64,000 nt of DNA, taken from positions 6,200,001 through 6,264,000 of the forward strand of contig OZ024744.1 in the NCBI GenBank assembly GCA_964016885.1, in the 5' to 3' direction. A model generated the notes under the pieces. The model was not told where the DNA came from. It worked only from the letters and a program-made list of their open reading frames with translations, and did not search any database. Made by a program: the position numbers and the translations under genes. Origin of the DNA: Eledone cirrhosa (Eukaryota). Shown in pieces: positions 9,941 to 22,391 of this stretch; position 1 is the stretch's first letter, and the number at the start of each line of letters is the position of its first letter.

Positions 9941-12900
9941 TATTCCTTGAATCTCAGTCATTGATGTTGGTTAACTGGAAAGTCCGTTGGGTTGAATATC
10001 AAGCCACTACCTGCAGCCTCAGATATTCAGGACGTATCGGAGGATTCTTGCTGTTCCAAGCAAGCATGCCTTTTGAAGCGTTCCAAAAAGCGTGAAGGGG
10101 CCGATTTTCTTTAACCATCCCTGGAAACTTTTGGAGATGGACCCAGTGCGCCTATGACAATCGGGATCACTTTGACTTCATGGCAGTTCCAAATCCTTTT
10201 CACCTCCCACTTTAGGTCCTGGTATCGGTTAATTTTCTCCCTCTCCTTCTCTTGCACTCTCGTGTCGAACGGGCAGGCCACATCCACAATCAGGCACGAT
10301 CTTTTTTCTTTGTCCACAACCACCAGGTCAGGTCTATTGTGTTCCAGTTTTTTGTCCGTCTGTATCCTAAAATCCCACAGCACCTTCACCTGATTGTTCT
10401 CCATCACCGCCTCTGGCCTATGCTCATACCATTTCTCAGAATGTGGTAGATTGTTTACTTTGCACAGGTGCCAGTGGATCACCCTGCCCATCACATCGTG
10501 TCTCCAGCCCTTATAGTGGGTCTGGGCTAGGTGTTTACACTCGGACACAATGTGAGCCACAGTCTCCTCTCTCTCTCCACAGATCCTGCACAGTGGGCTA
10601 GCCTCCTCCTTGTAGATATGGTGCTTCAACCACTTCGTTTTGAGGGCCTGCTCCTGCGCAGCCATTAGCATTCCTTCTGTAGCCTTTTTGAGGTCTCCTC
10701 TTCTCAACCAGTTCCATGTCTGTGGATCTCTAAATTCAGTTTTCTCAAAGAAGGTACTATGAAGGGATTTTCCCTTAAGGCTGCTCTTCCTCCTTGATGT
10801 TATTTCCTCCTTGGACATCCCCTGGCCTACTGTCCCCTCCTTCAGTACAGTTCTGAGCATTGGCTCCTTACTATAGGTCACGTATTTGTATAGGTTGTTT
10901 TTCTCCATCTGAACACAGTCCTCTATGCTGATAAGACCTCTTCCACCCTCAGATCTCCTTAGGTAGAGTCTATCGACATCACTCCTCTTGTGGAACATGT
11001 TGTAGATAGTCAATAGCTTCCTAGTCTTCCTATCCATTTCTTTTTGTTCAGCAACATTCCATCTCAGAATTCCCGCACTGTACCTAATAATAGACACAGC
11101 TCGGGAATTTACTGCGCTTATGGCATTTCTGCTGTTCAGATGTGACTTCAATACGCTCCTTACTCTCCGAATGTATTCAGTTCTTAACAATTCCTTCATT
11201 TTTTTGTTCTTTATGCCATCAGCCTCCAGAACGCCCAAATACTTGTATCCTTCCTCAGAGTCAATTTCCTTTATCATCTCACCTGTTGGTATCTGGATCC
11301 CGTTACTTCTGCTCAACCTACCCCTCTTCATCACAATGACTCCACATTTACCAATACCAAACTGCATACATATATCACTGCTGAAAATACGGACAGTGTC
11401 AACAAGCACATCCAACTCCTTCTCACTTTTCCCGAAGAGCTTAAGATCGTCCATGAAGAGGAGGTGATTGATGGTAAGCTCTTCCCTTCCCAACTTGTAT
11501 CCTGCTCTCACTTTTCGCAGCATAATGGTCAAGGGCATCAGGGCAAGGACAAACAACAGAGGGGACAGGCTATCTCCCTGGAAGATACCTCTCTTGATCT
11601 TCACGCTTCCCAAGGATACTCCAGTTGATGTCAGCTCTGTCTCCCAGGACCCCATACTCCTGCCTAGCAACTGTCTGATGTTATCTGCCACCCTGAAGAT
11701 CTCCAGGCTTTTGGTGATCCAGGAATGAGGCACCATGTCAAATGCCTTTCTGTAGTCTATCCATCCCATGGCAAGATCAGTGTGTCTCCTCCTGCAATTC
11801 CCCATTACCATCTTATCAATAAGCAACTGGTCCTTTGTACCACGTGACTTCTTTCGGCATCCTTTCTGTTCGTCCGGTAACAAGTTGTTTGTGTGGAGGT
11901 GATGGTAGATTTCCTCAGACACAATGCTCGTCAACAGTTTCCACATTACGGGCAGACATGTGATAGGTCTATAGTTGGTAACATCATTACCCTTGATTCG
12001 GTCTTTCATTATCAGAACTGTGGTACCTTTTGTCAACCAATCTGGCACCTCACCCGACACCAAGCAGTCATTGAACATGGCCGTCAGCTTCGGGTGGAGG
12101 GATGTTAAATGTTTAATCCAATACCCCTGCACACCATCTGGGCCTGGTGATTTCCAGTTGGTTAGTTTTTTGGCTTGCCCCTTACGAGTTTCAACTGTGA
12201 TACTCAAATCAGTCTGTTGTTGTGCCTGCTCACCGATCTCCCTCTGTACTGTCTCAATCCACCCTGCCTGGGCATTGTGTCTAACATCCTGCTCCCATAT
12301 TCCTCTCCAGAATGTTTTAGCTTGTTCCGCCCCAGGGATCAAGTCGTTGCCTCTTTCTTTCCCCTCAAGCTGTCCAAACAGCATCTTCTGGTTGTTGTCG
12401 AACATGCGGTTCTGTTTATACTGACTGACTCTGTTCTCGTATCGCCTGATTTTGGCACTCTTTGCTACAATGCGTTGCTTCAATTCCTCTATGATAATAT
12501 TTAGCTTTTTACTCCTAGTTTTGTATTTTATTTCCAGTCTATTTTTAGTGCCTATGTTTTTTAGTGTCCCATTCAGTAGTGACTCAAGCTTTCCTATGTC
12601 GTTTCTCATTTCCCCGATTTGCCCACTCAGTCGCTTCTTCCACCACGGCTCTGCTCTTTCTTGTCTGTTGTTTCCTCTCGCTTTTATACCAAGTAGTTTC
12701 CTCACCGTATTTGCTGTTGCTTTGAGGATATTGTTGCACTGGTGAAGGCTCCTCGCCTCAAGGTATGGGATGACTTTGTTTACCTTAGCTGTTGTTTCTT
12801 TTAACTTTTTCCTGTCTACAAATCTTAGGTTCATAGGTCTCCCACTATCATTGTTCAATTCATCTACCACTAAATTTAGGATGTCAACCGAATCTTGTCC

Positions 12901-13444
12901 TAGCCCGTCAGCATTCATCTCCTCAGTGGCCGTATCTCTGTTCCAGGTATTATTTATCTCAGTATTCAGATCATTGTCTGCTTCGGGTGGTTCCTCCGTT
13001 CTCAGGACCTCCTCACCTTCATTTCCCACCGGCTCGCTTGTCTGGCATACTACACCCGCCATCTCCAAGCCATTCTCTCTGCTCAGTTCCTCCAGTTCCA
13101 GCTCGCTTATCCACCCATTAGTTCTTATTACCCGAGCCTGCCCGGCCAATTTTTGTTCATCTAATTTAAATAAACCAATCTCGTTCCAGATGTTATGCAT
13201 CCGTCTCCTGTAGCCCCTCTCCTTGGGGTTACTTTTCAGGTAGCATTGCATAACAGTTCTATTCAATTCTTTCGTCCAGTTGGTTCTGGCCCCTTTCCTT
13301 CTTCTTCTTCCTCCAACATCAGCAGTATTTGGTTGACAGTCAGGTTCCTGCTGCTGAGCCAGGGGGCACCTGTTGGGTGAGAGTCTGTCACATGACGTTC
13401 TAGTCTCCATTTCACCGTTATTCGAACTGTTTATGTTCGATATT
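9941..13444 (-). mobile_element. R4/Dong-like family 2, copy a (5' UTR truncated about 30 nt before the ATG)
   Basis: Near-identical to copy b. Flanked by TAA repeats on both sides. Confidence 0.93.
10019..13410 (-). pseudogene. Dong-2a RT-RLE ORF, frameshifted about 40 codons before the normal stop
   Basis: Matches 13549-16938 until GALG, then diverges (PSPKVSRDG*) because of an indel near 10140. Confidence 0.88.
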
Positions 13445-13470
13445 ATTATTATTATTATTATTGTTATTGT
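13445..13470. repeat. (TTA)/(TTG) spacer between tandem Dong-2 copies
   Basis: Read directly from the sequence. Confidence 0.95.
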
Positions 13471-16400
13471 TATTCCTTGAATCTCAGTCATTGATGTTGG
13501 TTAACTGGAAAGTCCGTTGGATTGAATATCAAGCCACTACCTGCAGCCTCAGATATTCAGGTCGTATCGGAGGGTTCTTGCTGTTCCAAGCAAGCATGCC
13601 TTTTGAAGCGTTCCAAAAAGCGTGAAGGGGCCGATTTTCTTTAACCATCCCTGGAAACCTTTGGAGATAGTCCCCAGTGCGCCTATGACAATCGGGATCA
13701 CTTTGACTTCATGGCAGTTCCAAATCCTTTTCACCTCCCACTTTAGGTCCTGGTATCGGTTAATTTTCTCCCTCTCCTTCTCTTGCACTCTCGTGTCGAA
13801 CGGGCAGGCCACATCCACAATCAGGCACGATCTTTTTTCTTTGTCCATAACCACCAGGTCAGGTCTATTGTGTTCCAGTTTTTTGTCCGTCTGTATCCTA
13901 AAATCCCACAGCACCTTCACCTGACTGTTCTCCATCACCGCCTCTGGCCTATGCTCATACCATTTCTCAGAATGTGGTAGATTGTTTACTTTGCACAGGT
14001 GCCAGTGGATCACCCTGCCCATCACATCGTGTCTCCAGCCCTTATAGTGGGTCTGGGCTAGGTGTTTACACTCGGACACAATGTGAGCCACAGTCTCCTC
14101 TCTCTCTCCACAGATCCTGCACAGTGGGCTAGCCTCCTCTTTGTAGATATGGTGCTTCAACCACTTCGTTTTGAGGGCCTGCTCCTGCGCAGCCATTAGC
14201 ATTCCTTCTGTAGCCTTTTTGAGGTCTCCTCTTCTCAACCAGTTCCATGTCTGTGGATCTCTAAATTCAGTTTTCTCAAAGAAGGTACTATGAAGGGATT
14301 TTCCCTTAAGGCTGCTCTTCCTCCTTGATGTTATTTCCTCCTTGGTCATCCCCTGGCCTACTGTCCCCTCCTTCAGTACAGTTCTGAGCATTGGCTCCTT
14401 ACTATAGGTCACGTATTTGTATAGGTTGTTTTTCTCCATCTGAACACAGTCCTCTATGCTGATAAGACTTCTTCCACCCTCAGATCTCCTTAGGTAGAGT
14501 CTATCGACATCACTCCTCTTGTGGAACATGTTGTAGATAGTCAATAGCTTCCTAGTCTTCCTATCCATTTCTTTTTGTTCAGCAACATTCCATCTCAGAA
14601 TTCCCGCACTGTACCTAATAATAGACACAGCTCGGGAATTTACTGCGCTTATGGCATTTCTGCTGTTCAGATGTGACTTCAATACGCTCCTTACTCTCCG
14701 AATGTATTCAGTTCTTAACAATTCCTTCATTTTTTTGTTCTTTATGCCATCAGCCTCCAGAACGCCCAAATACTTGTATCCTTCCTCAGAGTCAATTTCC
14801 TTTATCATCTCACCTGTTGGTATCTGGATCCCGTTACTTCTGCTCAACCTACCCCTCTTCATCACAATGACTCCACATTTACCAATACCAAACTGCATAC
14901 ATATATCACTGCTGAAAATACGGACAGTGTCAACAAGCACATCCAACTCCTTCTCACTTTTCCCGAAGAGCTTAAGATCGTCCATGAAGAGGAGGTGATT
15001 GATGGTAAGCTCTTCCCTTCCCAACTTGTATCCTGCTCTCACTTTTCGCAGCATAATGGTCAAGGGCATCAGGGCAAGGACAAACAACAGAGGGGACAGG
15101 CTATCTCCCTGGAAGATACCTCTCTTGATCTTCACGCTTCCCAAGGATACTCCAGTTGATGTCAGCTCTGTCTCCCAGGACCCCATACTCCTGCCTAGCA
15201 ACTGTCTGATGTTATCTGCCACCCTGAAGATCTCCAGGCTTTTGGTGATCCAGGAATGAGGCACCATGTCAAATGCCTTTCTGTAGTCTATCCATCCCAT
15301 GGCAAGATCAGTGTGTCTCCTCCTGCAATTCCCCATTACCATCTTATCAATAAGCAACTGGTCCTTTGTACCACGTGACTTCTTTCGGCATCCTTTCTGT
15401 TCGTCCGGTAACAAGTTGTTTGTGTGGAGGTGATGGTAGATTTCCTCAGACACAATGCTCGTCAACAGTTTCCACATTACGGGCAGATATGTGATAGGTC
15501 TATAGTTGGTAACATCATTACCCTTGATTCGGTCTTTCATTATCAGAACTGTGGTACCTTTTGTCAACCACTCTGGCACCTCACCCGACACCAAGCAGTC
15601 ATTGAACATGGCCGTCAGCTTCGGGTGGAGGGATGTTAAATGTCTAATCCAATACCCCTGCACACCATCTGGGCCTGGTGATTTCCAGTTGGTTAGTTTT
15701 TTGGCTTGCCCCTTAAGAGTTTCAACTGTGATACTCAAATCAGTCTGTTGTTGTGCCTTCTCACCGATCTCCCTCTGTACTGTCTCAATCCACCCTGCCT
15801 GGGCATTGTGTCTAACATCCTGCTCCCATATTCCTCTCCAGAATGTTTTAGCTTGTTCCGCCCCAGGGATCAAGTCGTTGCCTCTTTCTTTCCCCTCAAG
15901 CTGTCCAAACAGCATCTTCTGGTTGTTGTCGAACATGCGGTTCTGTTTATACTGACTGACTCTGTTCTCGTATCGCCAGATTTTGGCACTCTTTGCTACA
16001 ATGCGTTGCTTCAATTCCTCTATGATAATATTTAGCTTTTTACTCCTAGTTTTGTATTTTATTTCCAGTCTATTTTTAGTGCCTATGTTTTTTAGTGTCC
16101 CATTCAGTAGTGACTCAAGCTTTCCTATGTCATTTCTCATTTCCCCGATTTGCCCACTCAGTCGCTTCTTCCACCACGGCTCTGCTCTTTCTTGTCTGTT
16201 GTTTCCTCTCGCTTTTATACCAAGTAGTTTCCTCACCGTATTTGCTGTTGCTTTGAGGATATTGTTGCACTGGTGAAGACTCCTCGCCTCAAGGTATGGG
16301 ATGACTTTGTTTACCTTAGCTGTTGTTTCTTTTAACTTTTTCCTGTCTACAAATCTTAGAGTCATAGGTCTCCCACTATCATTGTTCAATTCATCTACCA

Positions 16401-18020
16401 CTAGATTTAGGATGTCAACCGAATCTTGTCCTAGCCCGTCAGCATTCATCTCCTCAGTGGCCGTATCTCTGTTCCAGGTATTATTTATCTCAGTATTCAG
16501 ATCATTGTCTGCTTCGGGTGGTTCCTCCGTTCTCAGGACCTCCTCACCTTCATTTCCCACCGGCTCGCTTGTCTGGCATACTACACCCGCCATCTCCAAG
16601 CCATTCTCTCTGCTCAGTTCCTCCAGTTCCAGCTCGCTTATCCACCCATTAGTTCTTATTACCCGAGCCTGCCCGGCCAATTTTTGTTCATCTAATTTAA
16701 ATAAACCAATCTCGTTCCAGATGTTATGCATCCGTCTCCTGTAGCCCCTCTCCTTGGGGTTACTTTTCATGTAGCATTGCATAACAGTTCTATTCAATTC
16801 TTTCGTCCAGTTGGTTCTGGCCCCTTTCCTTCTTCTTCCTCCAACATCAGCAGTATTTGGTTGACAGTCAGGTTCCTGCTGCTGAGCCAGGGGGCACCTG
16901 TTGGGTGAGAGTCTGTCACATGACGTTCTAGTCTCCATTTCACCGTTATTCGAACTGTTTATGTTCGATATTTAAACACTCTTATCGAGGATTGGCGAAT
17001 GTATGTTTACATAGCCATCTGTGGATCCGCCATCCCACTTGGCCCTTGTGTGGCATTATCACCACGCTGTATACGAACACACATAAACAAACAAACACAC
17101 GGGCAGAAAGGGCCCCAAAAATGAATAAGCATAAGTTTCATTGTAATGTAGTATTCGAATGTCTGACTTAGTTTTTGTTTTTTAAGTTTTACTTTTTCCC
17201 CCCTCTTCTCTGTCCGTCCGCCTGCTTCTCTCTTCATTCTTATTTTCTTTACGTTTTTGGGGTTTCTTTTTTTGTTTTTGTTTTTCTCTGTTTGTTTTTC
17301 TCGTTTTTTGCTGTTGTTGCTGTGCTGCTTTGGTTTTGTTGTTTGTTTTTTCTTTTTTCTTTTGAGTCTATCTATATATTTTGATGCCTTCCTCTTTGTT
17401 AGTAGTAGGGATTCTATAATGTGGAAGTAGTAGCAGCCAGCAGGGAGAATTGGGAGGCTGGCGGCGCTGGCGATACTGAGACAGTGGTGGTGGTGATGTC
17501 GATACCGAGGCAGTGGTGGCGGTGATGCGACCGTATTACTGTAGTGATGGTGCTGTAGCGGTGGCAGCAGCAGTGAAGGAGTCAAGGGGTGGTGGCGGCG
17601 GTGATGGGATAGTGGTGGTAATGATGGCCGTAGTGAGCGGTGGCGGTGAAGGTGAAAATGCTGTTGTGTTTAGTGTACACAGATGATGGGGTGGGTGGTG
17701 TATCTAGTTTCTGGTGTTAGTGAGTTTAGCTGTCCTATATAGTGTAGCCAGAGGAGAGGAGGGGGGGGGGGGGTTCTTCTTCTTCCATTTATAGCCATTT
17801 TTGGGGGGGGATATACAGTGTACAATACAAAGTTGAATATTTGAATATTTGAGCCTTATACCAATATATTTTGGGTCCGAATTTTTTGGGGCTCAAGCCG
17901 GGTGCTTTACGTAGCATTTGTACTAAGAGTTGTTATTTCACAAATGATTTAAATATGTTAAAAATTCAAAACTTACGGGAGCGATTTCATGACCTCCGTC
18001 ACCTTGTGCGTCTTCTTCCC
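13471..18020 (-). mobile_element. R4/Dong-like family 2, copy b, probably full-length with a ~1.08 kb 5' UTR
   Basis: Intact ORF. Sequence continues upstream without a TAA tract until the one at 18021. The 5' boundary is inferred from that tract only. Confidence 0.8.
13549..16938 (-). CDS. Dong-2b single ORF: RT, CCHC knuckle and restriction-like endonuclease (1129 aa, intact)
   Basis: WKSPGPDG, NYRPIT, EQKGC, WIDYRKAFD, GIFQGDSLSP, FMDD, KYLG, CRICGEREETVAHIVSEC, RHD, RPD..DV.CP..EK..RY. Confidence 0.95.
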   Translation of the reverse strand: METRTSCDRLSPNRCPLAQQQEPDCQPNTADVGGRRRKGARTNWTKELNRTVMQCYMKSNPKERGYRRRMHNIWNEIGLFKLDEQKLAGQARVIRTNGWISELELEELSRENGLEMAGVVCQTSEPVGNEGEEVLRTEEPPEADNDLNTEINNTWNRDTATEEMNADGLGQDSVDILNLVVDELNNDSGRPMTLRFVDRKKLKETTAKVNKVIPYLEARSLHQCNNILKATANTVRKLLGIKARGNNRQERAEPWWKKRLSGQIGEMRNDIGKLESLLNGTLKNIGTKNRLEIKYKTRSKKLNIIIEELKQRIVAKSAKIWRYENRVSQYKQNRMFDNNQKMLFGQLEGKERGNDLIPGAEQAKTFWRGIWEQDVRHNAQAGWIETVQREIGEKAQQQTDLSITVETLKGQAKKLTNWKSPGPDGVQGYWIRHLTSLHPKLTAMFNDCLVSGEVPEWLTKGTTVLIMKDRIKGNDVTNYRPITYLPVMWKLLTSIVSEEIYHHLHTNNLLPDEQKGCRKKSRGTKDQLLIDKMVMGNCRRRHTDLAMGWIDYRKAFDMVPHSWITKSLEIFRVADNIRQLLGRSMGSWETELTSTGVSLGSVKIKRGIFQGDSLSPLLFVLALMPLTIMLRKVRAGYKLGREELTINHLLFMDDLKLFGKSEKELDVLVDTVRIFSSDICMQFGIGKCGVIVMKRGRLSRSNGIQIPTGEMIKEIDSEEGYKYLGVLEADGIKNKKMKELLRTEYIRRVRSVLKSHLNSRNAISAVNSRAVSIIRYSAGILRWNVAEQKEMDRKTRKLLTIYNMFHKRSDVDRLYLRRSEGGRSLISIEDCVQMEKNNLYKYVTYSKEPMLRTVLKEGTVGQGMTKEEITSRRKSSLKGKSLHSTFFEKTEFRDPQTWNWLRRGDLKKATEGMLMAAQEQALKTKWLKHHIYKEEASPLCRICGEREETVAHIVSECKHLAQTHYKGWRHDVMGRVIHWHLCKVNNLPHSEKWYEHRPEAVMENSQVKVLWDFRIQTDKKLEHNRPDLVVMDKEKRSCLIVDVACPFDTRVQEKEREKINRYQDLKWEVKRIWNCHEVKVIPIVIGALGTISKGFQGWLKKIGPFTLFGTLQKACLLGTARTLRYDLNI

Positions 18021-18044
18021 TTATTATTATTATTATTATTATTA
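18021..18044. repeat. (TTA)n at the 3' end of Dong-1b
   Basis: Read directly from the sequence. Confidence 0.96.
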
Positions 18045-21000
18045 CAGTTGCATTTATCTTGCTTTATGTTCATACGAGTCATCACCAAGTCACAACCAGT
18101 GACCTCAAGAGACAACAAGGTCCGCCATGTTCAAGAAAGAACATACATATTCACACATGCATCTTTAGTGTTTAGACTTGTGATGTACTTATATTGACAG
18201 AATCTTCCTTAGTATATGGGCAGTTCCCAATAATACTATCTTTTGTATTTCTCCTATACGCGGGTTTCCTGGGATTTGCGATATGTAATCATTAGACCCC
18301 TTAGGTATCATTCCCAGAGCGCCTACAACCACTGGTATTGTTTTAGTTCTCAATTTCCACATTTTTCCAATTTCTATCTCCAGGTCCTTATACTTGCTCA
18401 ATTTTTCAAATGTTTTTATAGATACGTTCTTGTCTATTGGAACAGACATATCAATTAGCAGGCATACCCTCTTTTGAAAGTCTTTCAATATTATATCAGG
18501 TCTGTTTGCATCTATTTTTCGGTCTGTTTGGATGCTAAAGTTCCACAAGATTGAGATGTGATCTTTTTCAAGTATGGGAGGTGGTTGATGCTCCCACCAA
18601 TTCTTTTGATGGGGCAGGTCAAAATGCTTACACATTATCCAATGTATGTATTGTGCAGCTCTGTCATGCCTGTTTAGGTATTCGGTTGGAGCTATAGGAC
18701 TGCACATTGAAATTATATGGTCAATGGTCTCTGGTTGTTTTTTGCATACACGGCATAATGGGCTGCACCCATTTTTTATTATGTTGGCTTGGTAATTTTT
18801 TGTTGGCAGACACTGATCTTGTGCCGATATAATCAGTCCTTCAGTCTCCGATTTCAGTCCAGAGGATGCCAACCACTGATGGGTTAAAGTTTTGTCAACA
18901 TCAGGATTGTTAGCTCGCTCTGGGTATTTTCCATACAGAGGCTTTTCTTGCCATTTCTTAGCCAGTTTGTGTAGCAGTTCTTTCTTTGCAGTTACTTTTA
19001 CCTGCTTTGCTTTTTCTGCGTTTTCCATTTCAGCAGTAAATGGGACTTATGAAATTTGTAGTCCATTACTGTATCTTTGTGCATCTTTTGTAATGGAATA
19101 TGATCTTTTGGTGCTTTCGTGTTTCAAAACGAGTTTGATCATCCAATCATGTGATTCCCTTAGATATGTGGATAATCCAATTGTTGCAGTTTTCAACGCA
19201 ATGTCTAACTGGATTAACCCACGTCCTCCTTCTTTCCTAGGGAGATATATTCTATCTATGTCTGCCTTAGGGTGATGCATTCTGTGCATGGTTAAGAATT
19301 TTCGGATTTTTGTATCGAGCCTACGGATCTCTGTGCTTGACCAGTTGATGACATTGTAACTGTAGGTTACTACTGGTATGGCAAGCGTGTTTATGGCATC
19401 GATCCTATTCCTTGCATTCAATTCCGTTCTTAAGATTGCTCTGACTCTGCGGTAACATTCCTTCCTTATCCTTTCCCTCATTGTCGAGTGCTTGATTCCG
19501 TCTCCTTCACAAACACCTAGATATTTGTAAGTTTGTTCTTGATCAAGCTCTCTTATCACGTTCCCCCGATCAAGATTAATGTCTGAACTCTTCAGCAGCT
19601 TTCCTCTGGTGAACGTTGCTTTGGCGCATTTATCCAGTCCAAACTCCATTTTAATGTCATCACTGAACTGCTTCACAGTGGATAATAGCCCTTGCAATTG
19701 TTCATCATTTTTTGCAAATAGTTTCAGGTCATCCATGTAGAACAGGTGATTAATGGTTTTGTCATAGACTCTATATCCATGTTTTGTTTCATTGAGCATT
19801 TTACTTAATGGTATAAGTGCGATGCAGAATAAAAGCGGTGATAAAGAGTCACCCTGAAAAATTCCACAATTAATGTTAACTTCTCCAGCTTCCAGTGATT
19901 TTGTTTCACTATTCAAAAGGAGTATCGTTCTCCATGTCCTCATACTGAATGACAAAAACCTCCTGACAACGGGGGATATTTTGAAAATCTCTAAACATTT
20001 TTCAATCCAACTGTGTGGCAAACTATCAAATGCTTTTTTATAATCTATCCAAGCAATCGATAGATTTTTGTGTCTATTATGACAATCTTCCAGTATCATT
20101 TTGTTAACCAGAAGCTGATCCTTACAACCATATGAGCCTCGTTTACACCCTTTCTGCTCAATGGGAAATAGGTCATTTGTTATCAGGTGGTCATATGTGT
20201 ATTCAGTTAGGACTGATGTTAAAATTTTATACATTGTGGTCAAGCAGGTTATCGGTCTGTAATTTTGGGGATTGTTTGTCTCATCATTCTTCGTTAGCAG
20301 GAATGTAATGCCGTTAACTAGCCATGATGGTATCTTTTCTGGCTCCTTAACTATTTCATTGTAAAGTTGGGCTAACAGCTCATGAGACTCTGTGAAGGCA
20401 TTTATCCAAAAGTTTTGTATTTTGTCTTTTCCTGGGGATTTCCATTTGCTGGTTTTTCTTAGAGCCAAGCGCAGCTGTTCAACTGTTATATTTTCCCATG
20501 TTTGTTCTTCAAGGTGATCTGTTTCTTTCATTTGTCTGTCTATCCATGGGGCATGTATGTTATGAACTTTTTCTTCGGCCCAGATCTTTTCCCAGAATTC
20601 TTGCACTTCCTCCTTGGGTGGTATTGATTTAGCAGTTATTGTTGACTTACCAATTTTTCTGTAGAAGTTTCTTTGGTTGTTTTTGAACATATTATTGTCC
20701 TCATAGAATCTAGATCGTTTTTCAAAGCGCCTTATACGAGCAGCTTTGGCCGACACTTTTTGCTTGATTGTTTCTATCAGCATGTCTATGTCACATGTTG
20801 ATCTTATACTGTACTTTTTTTTCAATTTTCTAAGTTTAGTTTGTTTAACATGTTCACCTACTTTATAGTTTGTTAAAATTTCTATGTCAGATCGGAGAAG
20901 GTTTATTTGGCGATTGATGTTATCTTGCCAAGTAGATTTCTTGTGGGAATTCCTTTGTTTTTTCATCTTCACTCCACATAAGTGAGTGGTGACTTTAGCC

Positions 21001-21194
21001 GATGCATAATAGAGATGATTTAAATCAGTAATGTTTAGTTTGTTTGTGATGATAATGTTTTTGAGAATTATGTTAGTCTTGTGTATTATCTTTTGGTTCT
21101 GTTTGGAGTTCTGGATCTTAGGGAAGGTGTCTCGTTGCCCCATGTCAGATTCTTTCATTTTCATCCATTCGATCATAATTTCATCCTTCAAGTT
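18045..21194 (-). mobile_element. Dong-1 copy b, 5'-truncated; ORF 18189-21194 with one nonsense codon at 19047
   Basis: ORFs 19047-21203 and 18189-19028 are in the same frame. Similarity to copy a ends at ~21194. Confidence 0.92.
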
Positions 21195-21457
21195 ATTCCT
21201 CACATATACTGAAACTATGTTGACTTTCTTTAAATAACGTCTTCCTTGTGAAATTTGTGGTCTTGTCTTTGCTTAACTAATGAATATTTCCAGCTCTGTG
21301 CACCTAACTTCTGCATGAACCCAGCCACCTAGCTGCCTTCCACTGATTATTGCACATTGAGCACATGCCTTTACGCTTTTGGCTTCTAACAAATTCACCA
21401 ATCTCTCTTCTCCTCGCCTATATCCATCACTCCCTTTAAGATTGGTTTACTCTTGAA

Positions 21458-21612
<155 letters not shown>

Positions 21613-21760
21613 AAAGTTCTATTTAAATTGTTGGGATACAACAAGCAAATATTTTTATAATTGATAGAAAGCACTCGACAAGTATTTGGAGTAGATATAC
21701 GATATTATCCTGATGTCGTCCAAAAGTAATGGTCGCATTTTGAAAGGGTACGTCAATGTG

Positions 21761-21853
21761 TATTTATAAAACTGGTATATATTGTATTTTGTCTGATGAA
21801 GGCATACCATAATTTAACTTGGTATCCTTGAAATAAATATGGTTTTATAAATA
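21761..21853 (+). ncRNA. Degenerate hammerhead-ribozyme-like motif (Penelope-type)
   Basis: CTGATGA (21793-21799), stem AGGCATACCA/TGGTATCCTT, GAAA (21830-21833), enclosed by a 12-bp helix TATTTATAAAAC/GTTTTATAAATA. No clear stem III or cleavage triplet. Confidence 0.45.
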
Positions 21854-21874
21854 TAGTTTCCATTTGTTAATATC

Positions 21875-21923
<49 letters not shown>

Positions 21924-22177
21924 CAAAATAATGACAACAGTAGTAATTAAGAATCAGTGTAGAGATACGTATAAAGAGTTATAAGTAAAAGAATGTTCCT
22001 ATAGAGTCGTGTCGCATGCCTGTGTATTAGATCCATATCCATATATGGCTATGTATTATGGGGTGTTCCTTAGATTCTGTGCATCTGCTTACCTGGTAAA
22101 CAAGTATATATAATATATATATTTATATACATATGTGCGTGTATGCATGTTTGTATAAATGTATGTACTCATACGCA

Positions 22178-22253
22178 CACATACACATACACATACATAC
22201 ATACATACATACATACATACATACATACATACATACATACATACATACATACA

Positions 22254-22283
<30 letters not shown>
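22178..22283. repeat. (CATA)n microsatellite
   Basis: Read directly from the sequence. Confidence 0.97.
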
Positions 22284-22287
<4 letters not shown>

Positions 22288-22361
22288 ATGAAACATGACA
22301 CATACAGATAAAAAAGTTAGTCTTATTAGGTTCCCGTTTTGAATGAAAGAGAGAAAAACGT

Positions 22362-22391
22362 TCGACGTATCGGACATTAGTCCTTCATCAT
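22362..22391 (-). ncRNA. Degenerate minimal hammerhead-like motif
   Basis: Minus strand reads aTGATGA-A-GGAC-TAAT-GTCC-GAtAC-GTC, two substitutions away from the CTGATGA...GAAAC-GTC core. Confidence 0.4.

Noticed and set aside
11120-16744. Many antisense ORFs recurring in Dong and Tx1 copies
   Set aside because: They recur only because the copies are near-identical. They have no motifs and are expected opposite long coding frames.
6209-16938. Bacterial RT systems (group II intron, retron, DGR)
   Set aside because: The APE-RT and RT-CCHC-RLE architectures, AATAAA, SINEs and microsatellites all indicate eukaryotic non-LTR elements.
9941-16970. Dong-2a/b as a tandem assembly duplication
   Set aside because: The copies differ at many scattered sites and have different 5' ends, consistent with separate insertions.
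16960-17100. HDV-like ribozyme in the Dong-2 leader, as known for R2/R4 elements
   Set aside because: I could not build the nested P1/P2/P3/P1.1 pseudoknot by eye on either strand. A descriptor search is needed to exclude it fully.
17007-17585. 192-aa ORF as a separate ORF1 of Dong-2
   Set aside because: Low-complexity His/Pro/Lys sequence with a non-ATG start and no knuckle. R4-clade elements have a single ORF.
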